64,000 nt of DNA from Planctomycetota bacterium. GTDB taxonomy: Bacteria > Planctomycetota > UBA8108 > SXIK01. Under the pieces are notes generated by a model. That model ran no database searches. It had not been told where the DNA came from and saw only the letters and a list, made by a program, of their open reading frames with translations. Positions within the stretch are counted from its first letter, which is position 1. Every line of letters begins with the position of its first letter. The stretch spans positions 3,232,001 to 3,296,000 of the forward strand of contig OZ244999.1 of assembly GCA_965223265.1 (NCBI GenBank), read 5' to 3'. Below are positions 50,200 to 58,755 of this stretch, one piece after another. The position numbers and the translations under genes are program-made.

Positions 50200-51513
50200 G
50201 TGACCTGCCAGCGACTGTTTGTTGTTCTGTTGATCTCCGTTGGCGCGACGACTTCATCCGCGCCGGCAGAGGAAAAACCACGCGAAAGAGCTGACCAGAT
50301 CCACAGTGTCTACGGGTCTGATAGCAACGATGCGTGGAATCGAATCTTTCGCGCACTCTTCACACGATCTATCGACGCGCGGCTTGCCACCGAACTTGAT
50401 TCGAGCGAGCCGGCAGCTACGGTCGAGTTAGACGCGGCTTTCGAAGTCTCTGTCAGTCAACGGACCTTCGAGCGTGTTGAGTTCGGTGATCGAGCCATTG
50501 AGCCGTTTTACGACGGCAGGAGACTTTTTTTTCACGCTGCGGCAGCGGTGGAGGACCCTCTATTTACCGAGCTGAGGACCGCTCTCGAGTTGGCGCTTGC
50601 AGAGACAGCAACGAGGCCAGCACGTGCGAGATTGATCATGCAGTCTGACGTTTGGGCCGCGTTCGACCGGATTCACGAGTGGAAGCCGCGTCGCACAGCT
50701 ACGGATAATTCGAAGATAGAGCGGCGCGAACAACTGCTTTCTCTGTGCGCGCGACTAGTGAGAAAACTCGCGTTGACGGAAGATGAAATCGAACGGATTT
50801 CAGCCAACTACCCGGACGATGGGACGCTCGACGGGCTTCCCGATCTCTTCGGCCCTCACTCCACATGGATCGAAGTCCAGTGGCAACCAGATTTAACTCA
50901 CGAGAGCGCTGTGCACCATCGACGTGTCGCGAGACTCTTTTTAAAAGCGCTCTCCAGGCCAGACGATCCGGCGCTTTTTCTACGACGGTTCGTCACACTT
51001 CCGTTGAATGACAAGCCGCAGGCGCTCGAGGCCGCAGCGCTGGTGATACAGAATCTGGCGGTCAGCCGAGAGATGCGCGTCGTGGCGACGAATTTGACGT
51101 TTGACGTACAAGTGCGGCAGTTCGTAAGGTCTCCCGGCAACGCCATTGAAAGCGTGAGGGTATCGCAACACGAGTTATCCAGGAGGGAGCTGCTCAGCGT
51201 CGTCGGCTCCTCCGGGCTCCATCCACTCCGCGGCGACGATCCCGCGTATCTGGCGTTCAGCGGCAACGATTTTTCTTTCGCGTCGCCAGTGGACCGCGGC
51301 CCCCCGATCCTTGCATCACTCGCACGCCGCTGCGAAAGTTGTCACGGTGTTCCAGCGTTGACTTTGCTTTCATTCGGGTTTGAGTTCGAGCCTGGACGTT
51401 CACCACCAGTGATCCAACTCGATCGGTCGAAGAAGAGTCGCTCCAGGTCTGTCGCGAAGCGAAAAGTCGCACGCGACGACTGGAAGGATCTACTGCGCTT
51501 GGCGACCCCCTGA
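50200..51513 (+). CDS. Exported hypothetical protein with a single CxxCH motif
   Basis: Signal-peptide-like N-terminus; CESCH near the C-terminus. Confidence 0.65.
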   Translation: MTCQRLFVVLLISVGATTSSAPAEEKPRERADQIHSVYGSDSNDAWNRIFRALFTRSIDARLATELDSSEPAATVELDAAFEVSVSQRTFERVEFGDRAIEPFYDGRRLFFHAAAAVEDPLFTELRTALELALAETATRPARARLIMQSDVWAAFDRIHEWKPRRTATDNSKIERREQLLSLCARLVRKLALTEDEIERISANYPDDGTLDGLPDLFGPHSTWIEVQWQPDLTHESAVHHRRVARLFLKALSRPDDPALFLRRFVTLPLNDKPQALEAAALVIQNLAVSREMRVVATNLTFDVQVRQFVRSPGNAIESVRVSQHELSRRELLSVVGSSGLHPLRGDDPAYLAFSGNDFSFASPVDRGPPILASLARRCESCHGVPALTLLSFGFEFEPGRSPPVIQLDRSKKSRSRSVAKRKVARDDWKDLLRLATP

Positions 51514-51558
51514 GCACGCGCGCCCGCTTGAAGATCGGCGGGATTCGTCCAGACTCCG

Positions 51559-52668
51559 TCACCGTCCGCGCCGTGAAACTTCCCTCTTTGGCTGGGCTAC
51601 GCGACCGTAGCGAGAAACGAAGAGCTCGAGGAGGTCGCGCGGATCGGCGCCTCGCTTCATGGCGCGATCGAGTTCATAGAGCGCTCGAAACAGCGTCGAG
51701 AGTCGCGACGGCGACACGGTTTGCAGCTGGCGTTCGAATCGTGGTAGGAACGGGCGCTGGACGAGGCCAGCCTTGATCCAATCGTCCGAGCCGGCTCCTC
51801 CGTGACGCATGGCGTGCGCGCGGCGAAGCGATCGTAGACGAGGGATGAGAGAGCCGACGAAGATCAAAAGAATGCCCGCCGCATCCGTCGTCCTTGTGGC
51901 ACGCTGTTGTGACGCGAAGCCTTTACGAAAGAGATCTCTCGCTTCCGTGAGGGCGCCGTGGCATTCGCCCTCGAGAAAGAGGTCGACCAGACGAAAGACG
52001 CTGTTGTCGCGCGAGTCTGTGACGAGATTCTTGATGGCTTCGAAGGTGATTTCGCTCGTTTGTCTGCCAGCGGCCCACGTCGCCAGTTTTTCGAGCTCCT
52101 CGTCGAGGATGGCAAGGTCGCAGCCGACGCTTTCGTGCAGGGCGAATGCAGTTTCGAGGTCGAGACGTAGTTTCTTGCTCTTGGCCTGGCGCACGACCCA
52201 GTGAGAGAGCTCGCTGTCCCAAGTGGGTGTGCGCGTGTCCCAGGGAGGGGGGCGATCATAGGGCTGGCGACACTCGATCACCCAACCCTTTGTGGCGAGA
52301 GTTTTCGAGAACTTCAGTCTGCCGTCGAGTTTGCCATCGACGATGGCAACGAAGTGTCCACCGGAAAAGCCGCTATCGAGATACGGCGTGAGGATCTGGC
52401 CATGGGCGCGCAGAAACCACTCCGCGGGATCGACGATGACGATACGGTAGGGTGAGAAAAAGCTCGGCGTGCGCAGCTCGTCGAGAACTCGCGAGACCGG
52501 GAGACTCTCGATCTGGGCTTCGCCTGTTGGGCCGTCGAAGCGGGTGACGACTGGTTCGTCGCCGCCAAAGCGTTCTTGAACAAAGCGCTTGAGGAAGAGG
52601 TCCTTGAGAAATCTGGCGTCGCCTGTCAGCGCGACAACGCCGGGTAGCGTGTCCCACTTCTTCCCCAT
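51559..52668 (-). CDS. holA: DNA polymerase III delta subunit
   Basis: LTGDARFL, LRTPSFFSPYRIVIV, GCDLAILDEELEKL, SVFRLVD, DRAMKRG. Confidence 0.8.
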   Translation of the reverse strand: MGKKWDTLPGVVALTGDARFLKDLFLKRFVQERFGGDEPVVTRFDGPTGEAQIESLPVSRVLDELRTPSFFSPYRIVIVDPAEWFLRAHGQILTPYLDSGFSGGHFVAIVDGKLDGRLKFSKTLATKGWVIECRQPYDRPPPWDTRTPTWDSELSHWVVRQAKSKKLRLDLETAFALHESVGCDLAILDEELEKLATWAAGRQTSEITFEAIKNLVTDSRDNSVFRLVDLFLEGECHGALTEARDLFRKGFASQQRATRTTDAAGILLIFVGSLIPRLRSLRRAHAMRHGGAGSDDWIKAGLVQRPFLPRFERQLQTVSPSRLSTLFRALYELDRAMKRGADPRDLLELFVSRYGRVAQPKREVSRRGR

Positions 52669-52798
52669 GATCGAGTCGAAGCTCTTCGGCCCATTCGCGG
52701 CGCTGCGACCGGCACGAATCATGATGGCCGGCGTAGGTGCAAGGTGTCGAGGGTGACTGGAAACGCGTCGTCCTGATGTGAGTTCGGCTGGAGGTGCA

Positions 52799-53311
52799 TC
52801 AGATCAGCTCCATGTTGCGAAGGATTTCGTTCGCGTCCTTGGCGGTTGAGAAGCCGCGGAAGTGGTCTGGATCCAGCAACAGTTTGGCGAGCGAGCGGTA
52901 CACCTTCAAGTAGGTGCGGTCGTCGTAGGGAGGTGCGAGCATGCCAAAAAAGAGGTGCACGGGTTCGTCGTCCGGTGCGGCAAAGGGGAGACCCTCGTCG
53001 GAGCGAGCGAACACCATAACGAAGTCTTTGACCTGCAGCGTGCGAAGGTGGGGGATGGCGATGCCGTTACCGATCGCGGTCGACGCTTTCTTTTCGCGTT
53101 CGAAGAGATCTTTGCGAAGGCGTTTTTCGTTGCTGACGACGCCGGTGGCACTGAAAAGTTCAACGAGCTCTTCAGCGACGCTTTCGCGCACGCGCTTGAG
53201 GTTCTTGGGTCCGTCGACATCGAAGTCGTCGGGGAGATCTCCCGGCGGCACGGCGGTGGTCCGCATGTCGAGTCGAATAGCGTTCTGGCGAAGGAATCGG
53301 CGCAGTTTCAC
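52799..53311 (-). CDS. PTS EIIA (PtsN/fructose-type) domain protein
   Basis: EREKKASTAIGNGIAIPHLR (phospho-His), FAAPDDEPVHLFF; GTG start at 53311. Confidence 0.9.
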   Translation of the reverse strand: MKLRRFLRQNAIRLDMRTTAVPPGDLPDDFDVDGPKNLKRVRESVAEELVELFSATGVVSNEKRLRKDLFEREKKASTAIGNGIAIPHLRTLQVKDFVMVFARSDEGLPFAAPDDEPVHLFFGMLAPPYDDRTYLKVYRSLAKLLLDPDHFRGFSTAKDANEILRNMELI

Positions 53312-53515
53312 GATAGTGGTTCGTCGGGCGAAGCGCGCTGCGGCACTCTCTGCCAGCCCGCCGGCCTCGGATGACCAACCCGAGCGCGGCGGGGTCCGTG
53401 CAATTGGTGCCGCAAACTGGCTGATTATACGCGCCCTCGCGGCGGCGACAAGCAAACGAAAGGCCCATCCGAAGCCGCATCCCGGCATCGACTCAAGGGC
53501 GACGGCGAGGGTCGA

Positions 53516-53544
53516 TTGACTTCACACTGATCGCGACATAACAT
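53516..53544 (+). promoter_or_regulatory. Sigma70-type promoter of the tRNA
   Basis: TTGACT-N17-TAACAT ending 11 bp before the tRNA. Confidence 0.7.
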
Positions 53545-53555
53545 GCTCCTACTAT

Positions 53556-53632
53556 GGCCTCGTAGCTCAGTTGAATAGAGCGTCTGCCTCCGGAGCAGAA
53601 GGTCCCAGGTTTGAGTCCTGGCGGGGTCACCA
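53556..53632 (+). tRNA. tRNA-Arg(CCG)
   Basis: Acceptor stem GGCCTCG/CGGGGTC plus ACCA; D arm GCTC/GAGC; anticodon arm TCTGC-CTCCGGA-GCAGA; T arm CCAGG-TTTGAGT-CCTGG. Confidence 0.95.
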
Positions 53633-53740
53633 ACGCAGCTTCCGCCGAATCCTAAAGTTAGGATACCGTCCCCGCCCCAAGAGGGCGGGGAGGCGCGGCT
53701 CTAAACCGTATACAAACGTATACCGACGGAGGAGTCGCCC

Positions 53741-54547
53741 ATGGCGAGAGGCATCGGGTCACCGAAAAAGGGTCGGGGGCCGAAGTATCGACGGCAGCGA
53801 CGGCAGGGCAAACCGGACCTTGCGTTCATCGAGGTTGGTGGGCAGAGGCTCTACCTTGGCGAGTACGGCACCGAGGTGAGTCGCGCTGAGTACACGCGGC
53901 TGGTGGCTGAGCTGGCTGCGGCCGGCGGGAGTCTAACGGTGGCGCGCAGCGGGACAACGGTCGTCGAAGTGGTGGCGCGCTTTTGGGAGTTCGCGCAGTC
54001 GTATTACCGCCGGCGTGACGGCACAGCGACGAGCGAGGTAGCTAACTACCGCGCTGTGCTGAAGGTTTTGCGGGAGCTCTATGGCCACACGCGGGCGAAA
54101 GAGTTCGGACCCCTGAGTCTCAAAGCGGTGCGGGCCGAGCTGATTCGGCGTGATCTTTCACGCAGCACGGTCAACTCGATGGTCAATCGTGTGAGGAGAG
54201 TGTTTCGCTGGGCGGCTGAAGAAGAGCTCGTGGACGCTGCAGTTTACCAGGCTCTCCAGACCGTGCGCGGTCTGGCGCGAGGGCGCTCACCAGCGCGAGA
54301 GACCGAGCCGGTGAGACCGGTGGCGATCGAGGATGTGGAGGCCGTGCTGCCGCACCTGTCGACGCCGCTGCGTGCTGTCGTTCGCGTGCAGCTTCTTACG
54401 GCGGGAAGACCAGGGGAGATTCTCTGCATGAGGCGCTGCGACATCGATCAATCGGGCGAGATTTGGTGCTACCGTCCAGAGAGTCACAAGACGTCGTACC
54501 GCGGGCGGGAGAGGAAGATCTACCGGCGCACGTCGAACCATTCGTGA
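53741..54547 (+). pseudogene. tRNA-adjacent tyrosine integrase, C-terminally truncated
   Basis: YLGEYG, FGPLSLKAVR, RRVFRWA, LLTAGRPGE (first catalytic Arg), HKT; the HxxR and Tyr motifs are missing after RERKIY. Confidence 0.85.
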
Positions 54548-54768
54548 AGCTTTGGACACGGAGACCTCCGCGTCGAAGTGCTGCACGGCGAGCTCGATTC
54601 GCCAGGGAAGTGCGTGGACCCATCGAGCAGATGCTCTCCGTTGTGGTCCCTGGATTTACGACGACGAGACGACGACACGACCTTTCTCTACCGTTCGAGA
54701 CGGTGGCGCCAGGGTTCTTCGAGTACCTCCAGACTGAGAGGGGCCTTCAACCAACCACGGTTGTCCAC
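54514..54768 (+). pseudogene. Internal fragment of a RIT-type tyrosine recombinase
   Basis: EDLPAHVEPFV...EVRGPIEQML...PGFFEYLQTERGLQPTT resembles the N-terminal region of RIT-element integrases; no own start or catalytic domain. Confidence 0.55.
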
Positions 54769-54769
54769 C

Positions 54770-55033
54770 CGTCTTCAGTGCGCGCACCTTACCGCGGTCT
54801 CGTCGTGCTGACGGCACAAGGCCGTCGAAGCCGCTGGTGCGGTATCTATAGAGCCACTCCTCGAGAGTCTTCTTCGCGATGCGTCGCTCGCGCCCGTCCG
54901 GACCCTTCCACTTCTTGCGGGCGCGTTCTGTGAGGACACGTCCGAGCTCTCCACGCCTCAGCCCTCGGTGCAGGAGATCACCGAGGACCGCGTAGCGAAA
55001 GAGCGCTTCGGCTTTTCTACGCTCGTCGTTCAT
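54770..55033 (-). pseudogene. 5' fragment of a DDE (rve/Mu-like) transposase, HTH part only
   Basis: GGAGG RBS; ALFRYAVLGDLL...KTLEEWLYRYRTSGFDGLVPSARRDRG; homology appears to stop near 54770. Confidence 0.75.
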
Positions 55034-55134
55034 AAACACCTCCGTTCGTTGTTGGAGAAGCGAAACGGCGGTGAGGGTACAGACGGCGGCGAGCGCTGAG
55101 GATGGACCTCCTGTGTGGATGTCCGAAGGCGCGC

Positions 55135-55794
55135 TCAGAGCGCAAGTTCCGCCTTGAGTTTTTCTGGAGGGTCGCGCCCCAGTGCCCAAGCGTGTCCCCG
55201 GAAATGAACGCTCGAGCCAAGGAGCGCACGCGCTACGGCGCAGCCGCCCGACGTCAACTCAACGTCGGCTTGCGAAAGCAGTCTCTGCAGGCGCCGCTTC
55301 GCATCACTACGCCTTTGAGGCTTCTTCTGATAGCCGAGTCGGCGCGCAAGCCAATACCACAGAGTCACCAGGAACTGCGAGCGCCAACGGCGAAGGCTCC
55401 GCCAGCTCCCTGAGTCGACCGCGACGCCGAAGTGCTCACGGATCTCACGCTCGCTGCGATCTTCCAGGAGGTGGAGTCTCAATGCCTCGACGATGACGCC
55501 AGCAGCGTACCAACGGTGAGGATGAAGATCGTCGGAAAGGATGCTGATCGTGCGTCTGCAGCCGCGGCACAAGTAACGCCGAACGAGTATGAACGGCTCT
55601 CCTTCGACTTCGACGACGCCAAGCACTTGCCGGCGGTACGTGCCGTGACCGACGATGCCAAGCCGCTCACCGGGAGAAAATGCCAGCTGACCGCACAGAG
55701 GGCAGCTCGAGGGCCTGAGCCGCTCGACCGCTGGAAGCCGGGCGAGCTCGAAAAGCTCCTCGATACGATCGAAGAGCGAGCGTACGATGATCAT
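55135..55794 (-). CDS. DUF6431-like zinc-ribbon protein of the transposon
   Basis: CPLC...GHGTYRR...RRYLCRGCRRTISIL...PHRWY; lies directly upstream of the DDE transposase fragment. Confidence 0.7.
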   Translation of the reverse strand: MIIVRSLFDRIEELFELARLPAVERLRPSSCPLCGQLAFSPGERLGIVGHGTYRRQVLGVVEVEGEPFILVRRYLCRGCRRTISILSDDLHPHRWYAAGVIVEALRLHLLEDRSEREIREHFGVAVDSGSWRSLRRWRSQFLVTLWYWLARRLGYQKKPQRRSDAKRRLQRLLSQADVELTSGGCAVARALLGSSVHFRGHAWALGRDPPEKLKAELAL

Positions 55795-56589
55795 CCGTGT
55801 TTTCTTAGCGGTGAAGCGAGATCGGCAAAATCTTACGCTTCGCCGCTTTTTTAATGCCGCGATAGACGGGGACAGTTGACGGACTCGGCATCCTACCCGC
55901 ACAACTGCACGGGAAGAAAGAGGCGCGCTCAGGCGGGAAGAGGCGGTGAGGAGGGAAGGGGTTCCCCTGAACGAGGAAGACTGCTACGTCCGCTGAGCGC
56001 CCGGTTCAATTTGCGGCGTAACAACTGACCGTCGAACGCTAATTCCTTGTGTTCACAACGTCGCCGAGGCCAGCAACTATTCGTCCTTCACGCGAAGGAC
56101 AACGCGTTGACGGTTGATTCGCTGTCGCTGAATCGGTTCGTCCTTTTTTTTTTGCGATGTCGGGTTGCGTGCGGTAGAGTTCTCGTTGAACTATCGAGGA
56201 AGCGGCGCTCCTTTCTTCCGAAGGGCCCGCAGTTCTATTGAGGGCGGAGAAGCGATCTGTAATCTGCCTGGGCGCGAGAGACTTGGCGTTTTCATACCGT
56301 GAACGACGTCAGCCGAACGTTGTAACAACGCTATCGGTGAGTTTCATGCTGGGCCGACACGGCTCGCGCTAACGGGGAGGGACGCACGACGGGAGCAGTT
56401 CAATGTCACAACGCGGCGCGCGACAGCTCTCTTTGGCTTCGAAGTTCGAAGCCAAAGCGTAGATGACCGATCTCATCGTACTTGATCGTAAGCGGTATAG
56501 CTGCACGTGTTGATCGAGGAGCCTATCAGGCGGGGATAGTCTCTCGGTTTTCAAATTGCTCTTGAGCTTTCTCAAAAACGCGCCGAGGG

Positions 56590-57021
56590 TTGAAGACGCT
56601 GCGGAGGCGAGAACACGGGGAGGCACTGATTGTGAGGAAAAGGGACAGCCGTGAGTCGACCCGCCGAAAGAGTCTTGACTCACTTTCTCAGCATTTACAC
56701 TGCGTTCTTCGCGAAGTTCTGGAGCATCCGGAACTTGAGAAACGTCTCGTTTCAAACGAGCCGCATCTGTTCGCAAGCGAGGCGATGAACGGGCACGCGA
56801 TCGTCGTCTTCGTTCGCCCGTCCCGACCACTCTCTGTGCTCACCCCTCGCGAACTCTCTGTCGCGGAGATGGTTGGCAAAGGGCTCGGAGACCAAGGCAT
56901 CGCGAACGAACTGAAGCTGAGCGTTCATACGGTGAAGGCGCACTTGAGGAGCGTCTACCGCAAGCTGGGCGTTCGTTCCAGAGCCAATCTCGCGCGACGG
57001 TTGTCCGACGAAACGCTCTGA
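56590..57021 (+). CDS. LuxR-type HTH regulator without a REC domain; start uncertain
   Basis: LTPRELSVAEMVGKG...IANELKLSVHTVKAHLRSVYRKLGVRSRANL. Confidence 0.85.
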   Translation: MKTLRRREHGEALIVRKRDSRESTRRKSLDSLSQHLHCVLREVLEHPELEKRLVSNEPHLFASEAMNGHAIVVFVRPSRPLSVLTPRELSVAEMVGKGLGDQGIANELKLSVHTVKAHLRSVYRKLGVRSRANLARRLSDETL

Positions 57022-57039
57022 CCCCCTCGATTGAACTAA

Positions 57040-57077
57040 CTCAGTCGATCTAAGTCGATCGAGTTAGATCAACTGAG
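57040..57077. promoter_or_regulatory. 38-bp near-perfect palindrome, candidate operator
   Basis: CTCAGTCGATCTAAGTCGATCGAGTTAGATCAACTGAG (two mismatched pairs), between the LuxR-type gene and the TPR-Rhs genes; no U tract. Confidence 0.55.
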
Positions 57078-57217
57078 CAATTGTGGGTTCCGGGTGCTCA
57101 AGTTTTACTTGGGTCTCTCAACTCTCAAACGAGCGTGGCTTTTCCACCTTCCATCCGCCAGCGGCCGGGACGTTCGTGTCGAAGCGTGTCGACCGAGGTC
57201 CATAGAAAGGCTTTCAT

Positions 57218-58696
57218 ATGAGTCCAAGAGTAAGGCGTCGCTTGAGTGGCTTTGTCTGGTTAGCTCTGCTGGCCGTATCTGCAGCAATCGTTTTCGTTGG
57301 AATCCGTGGTGGTAAAGCCCAGGGGACTGCGTTCCGGGACATTCTGGAATCAACTCCATACGCAAATCGTCTTGACGTGGCTCTCGCGGAGCTTCTCGCT
57401 ACCCAAGATGACTCGGTGGCAGCGGTCGCTGTGGCGGAGATTGTCGAAACCGCGGACCAGCTCGGACGACAAGCTGACGCGGCGCAGGGGCTCAATCAGT
57501 ACCTCTCTTCGATTCCGGAAGGATCCGACAACTACCAAGACGCGTACTACGCGCTCGCCAAGGTGCTACACACGAGCTCTCCCGAACAGGCAGAGAGTCT
57601 CTTCCAGAACGCAATCGCGAAGGACTGGGTGGCTAAAGGGCGGATCGATGCTTTCGAGGCGTACAAAGAGTCACTCTACAAGAGCGACCCGCCTCGCTAT
57701 GCGCTCGAGCAGTTCAACTACGCGATGTCAGACTCAAGCGGCGCCGTCTACGCGCGCTACCACAACTACATGGCGCTTCTCGGAATCCACAAGCTGTGGT
57801 CCCTTAGACTTAGAAAGAATGGCGGACAGTTCTCTGCGACTCAGGACGTTCTTCCCAATCTCTCGGCGACGCCGGACGCACCTCACCACCTCCAGATCGC
57901 CGAGGCGCTTTGCTACATGGTGGATGAGGCCTACGGTGATGCAGTCGATCTTCTCATAGCTCTTGATCGCTCGCTGCCCAACGCGCCCGCTGGAATCGGG
58001 CCGGAAGACCTCGGCAGCTATTTCGCGCACAACGAAAAGCTCAACATCCCTGCGTATGTCGCCACTGCGCAGATCCTCGAAGGGCTCCATCTTGACGACG
58101 CACGCGCAAACATGGAGGAGTTCTGGCGGCGAAACCAACACCGCCCAGAGCACGTCGCGGGCCTCCTTCTTCGGATCACGTATGCGCTTGAGGTCGCGCC
58201 GCGGAAGTGGCAGCGACGAATCAACGAGGTGACGGGATTCCTGATTGATGCAGGCTTCACCTCTGAGCCTCTGATCACGGGTGCGCTGCTGGACTCGACC
58301 AGGCTCCGCATACTCGACATCCACATGTGCGGACTCTTCTTCCAAAGACGTTTTGACGATGCCAAACCTTTTGCGGAGGCCGTAGTCGCCGAGTACGACC
58401 CATCCAAGATTGAATGCAACAATTCTCTTTTTTGTCTCGGGTGCATAAATCGTCGTCAAAACGAATTCGAAAACGCAGAAAAGAATTTTCTCGAACTGAT
58501 GAACAACGGAGCAGGCCCAATATGGTCAAGAGCCGCTGCGTCACAGTTGGCTCATCTGCGGATGGATATGGGAGTCGCTGATGATCACATTCGACCACTG
58601 TTAGAAAAAGTTTGGCACTACGCATCTCCGGAAGAACAGAATTACTACAGATACTCAGAACTCGAAGCGCGCTATCAAAGATATCTTTCGAAGTGA
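57218..58696 (+). CDS. Membrane-anchored or exported alpha-helical TPR-like protein
   Basis: GAAAGG RBS, Arg-rich N-terminus plus TM helix; TPR-like AYYALAKVL, SLFCLGCINRRQNEFENAEKNF. Confidence 0.75.
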   Translation: MSPRVRRRLSGFVWLALLAVSAAIVFVGIRGGKAQGTAFRDILESTPYANRLDVALAELLATQDDSVAAVAVAEIVETADQLGRQADAAQGLNQYLSSIPEGSDNYQDAYYALAKVLHTSSPEQAESLFQNAIAKDWVAKGRIDAFEAYKESLYKSDPPRYALEQFNYAMSDSSGAVYARYHNYMALLGIHKLWSLRLRKNGGQFSATQDVLPNLSATPDAPHHLQIAEALCYMVDEAYGDAVDLLIALDRSLPNAPAGIGPEDLGSYFAHNEKLNIPAYVATAQILEGLHLDDARANMEEFWRRNQHRPEHVAGLLLRITYALEVAPRKWQRRINEVTGFLIDAGFTSEPLITGALLDSTRLRILDIHMCGLFFQRRFDDAKPFAEAVVAEYDPSKIECNNSLFCLGCINRRQNEFENAEKNFLELMNNGAGPIWSRAAASQLAHLRMDMGVADDHIRPLLEKVWHYASPEEQNYYRYSELEARYQRYLSK

Positions 58697-58755
58697 AGCG
58701 CCAACTTAAAGAAAGAATCAGCCCAGTGAATTCTATGCCCTGATTGGAGCCTATT

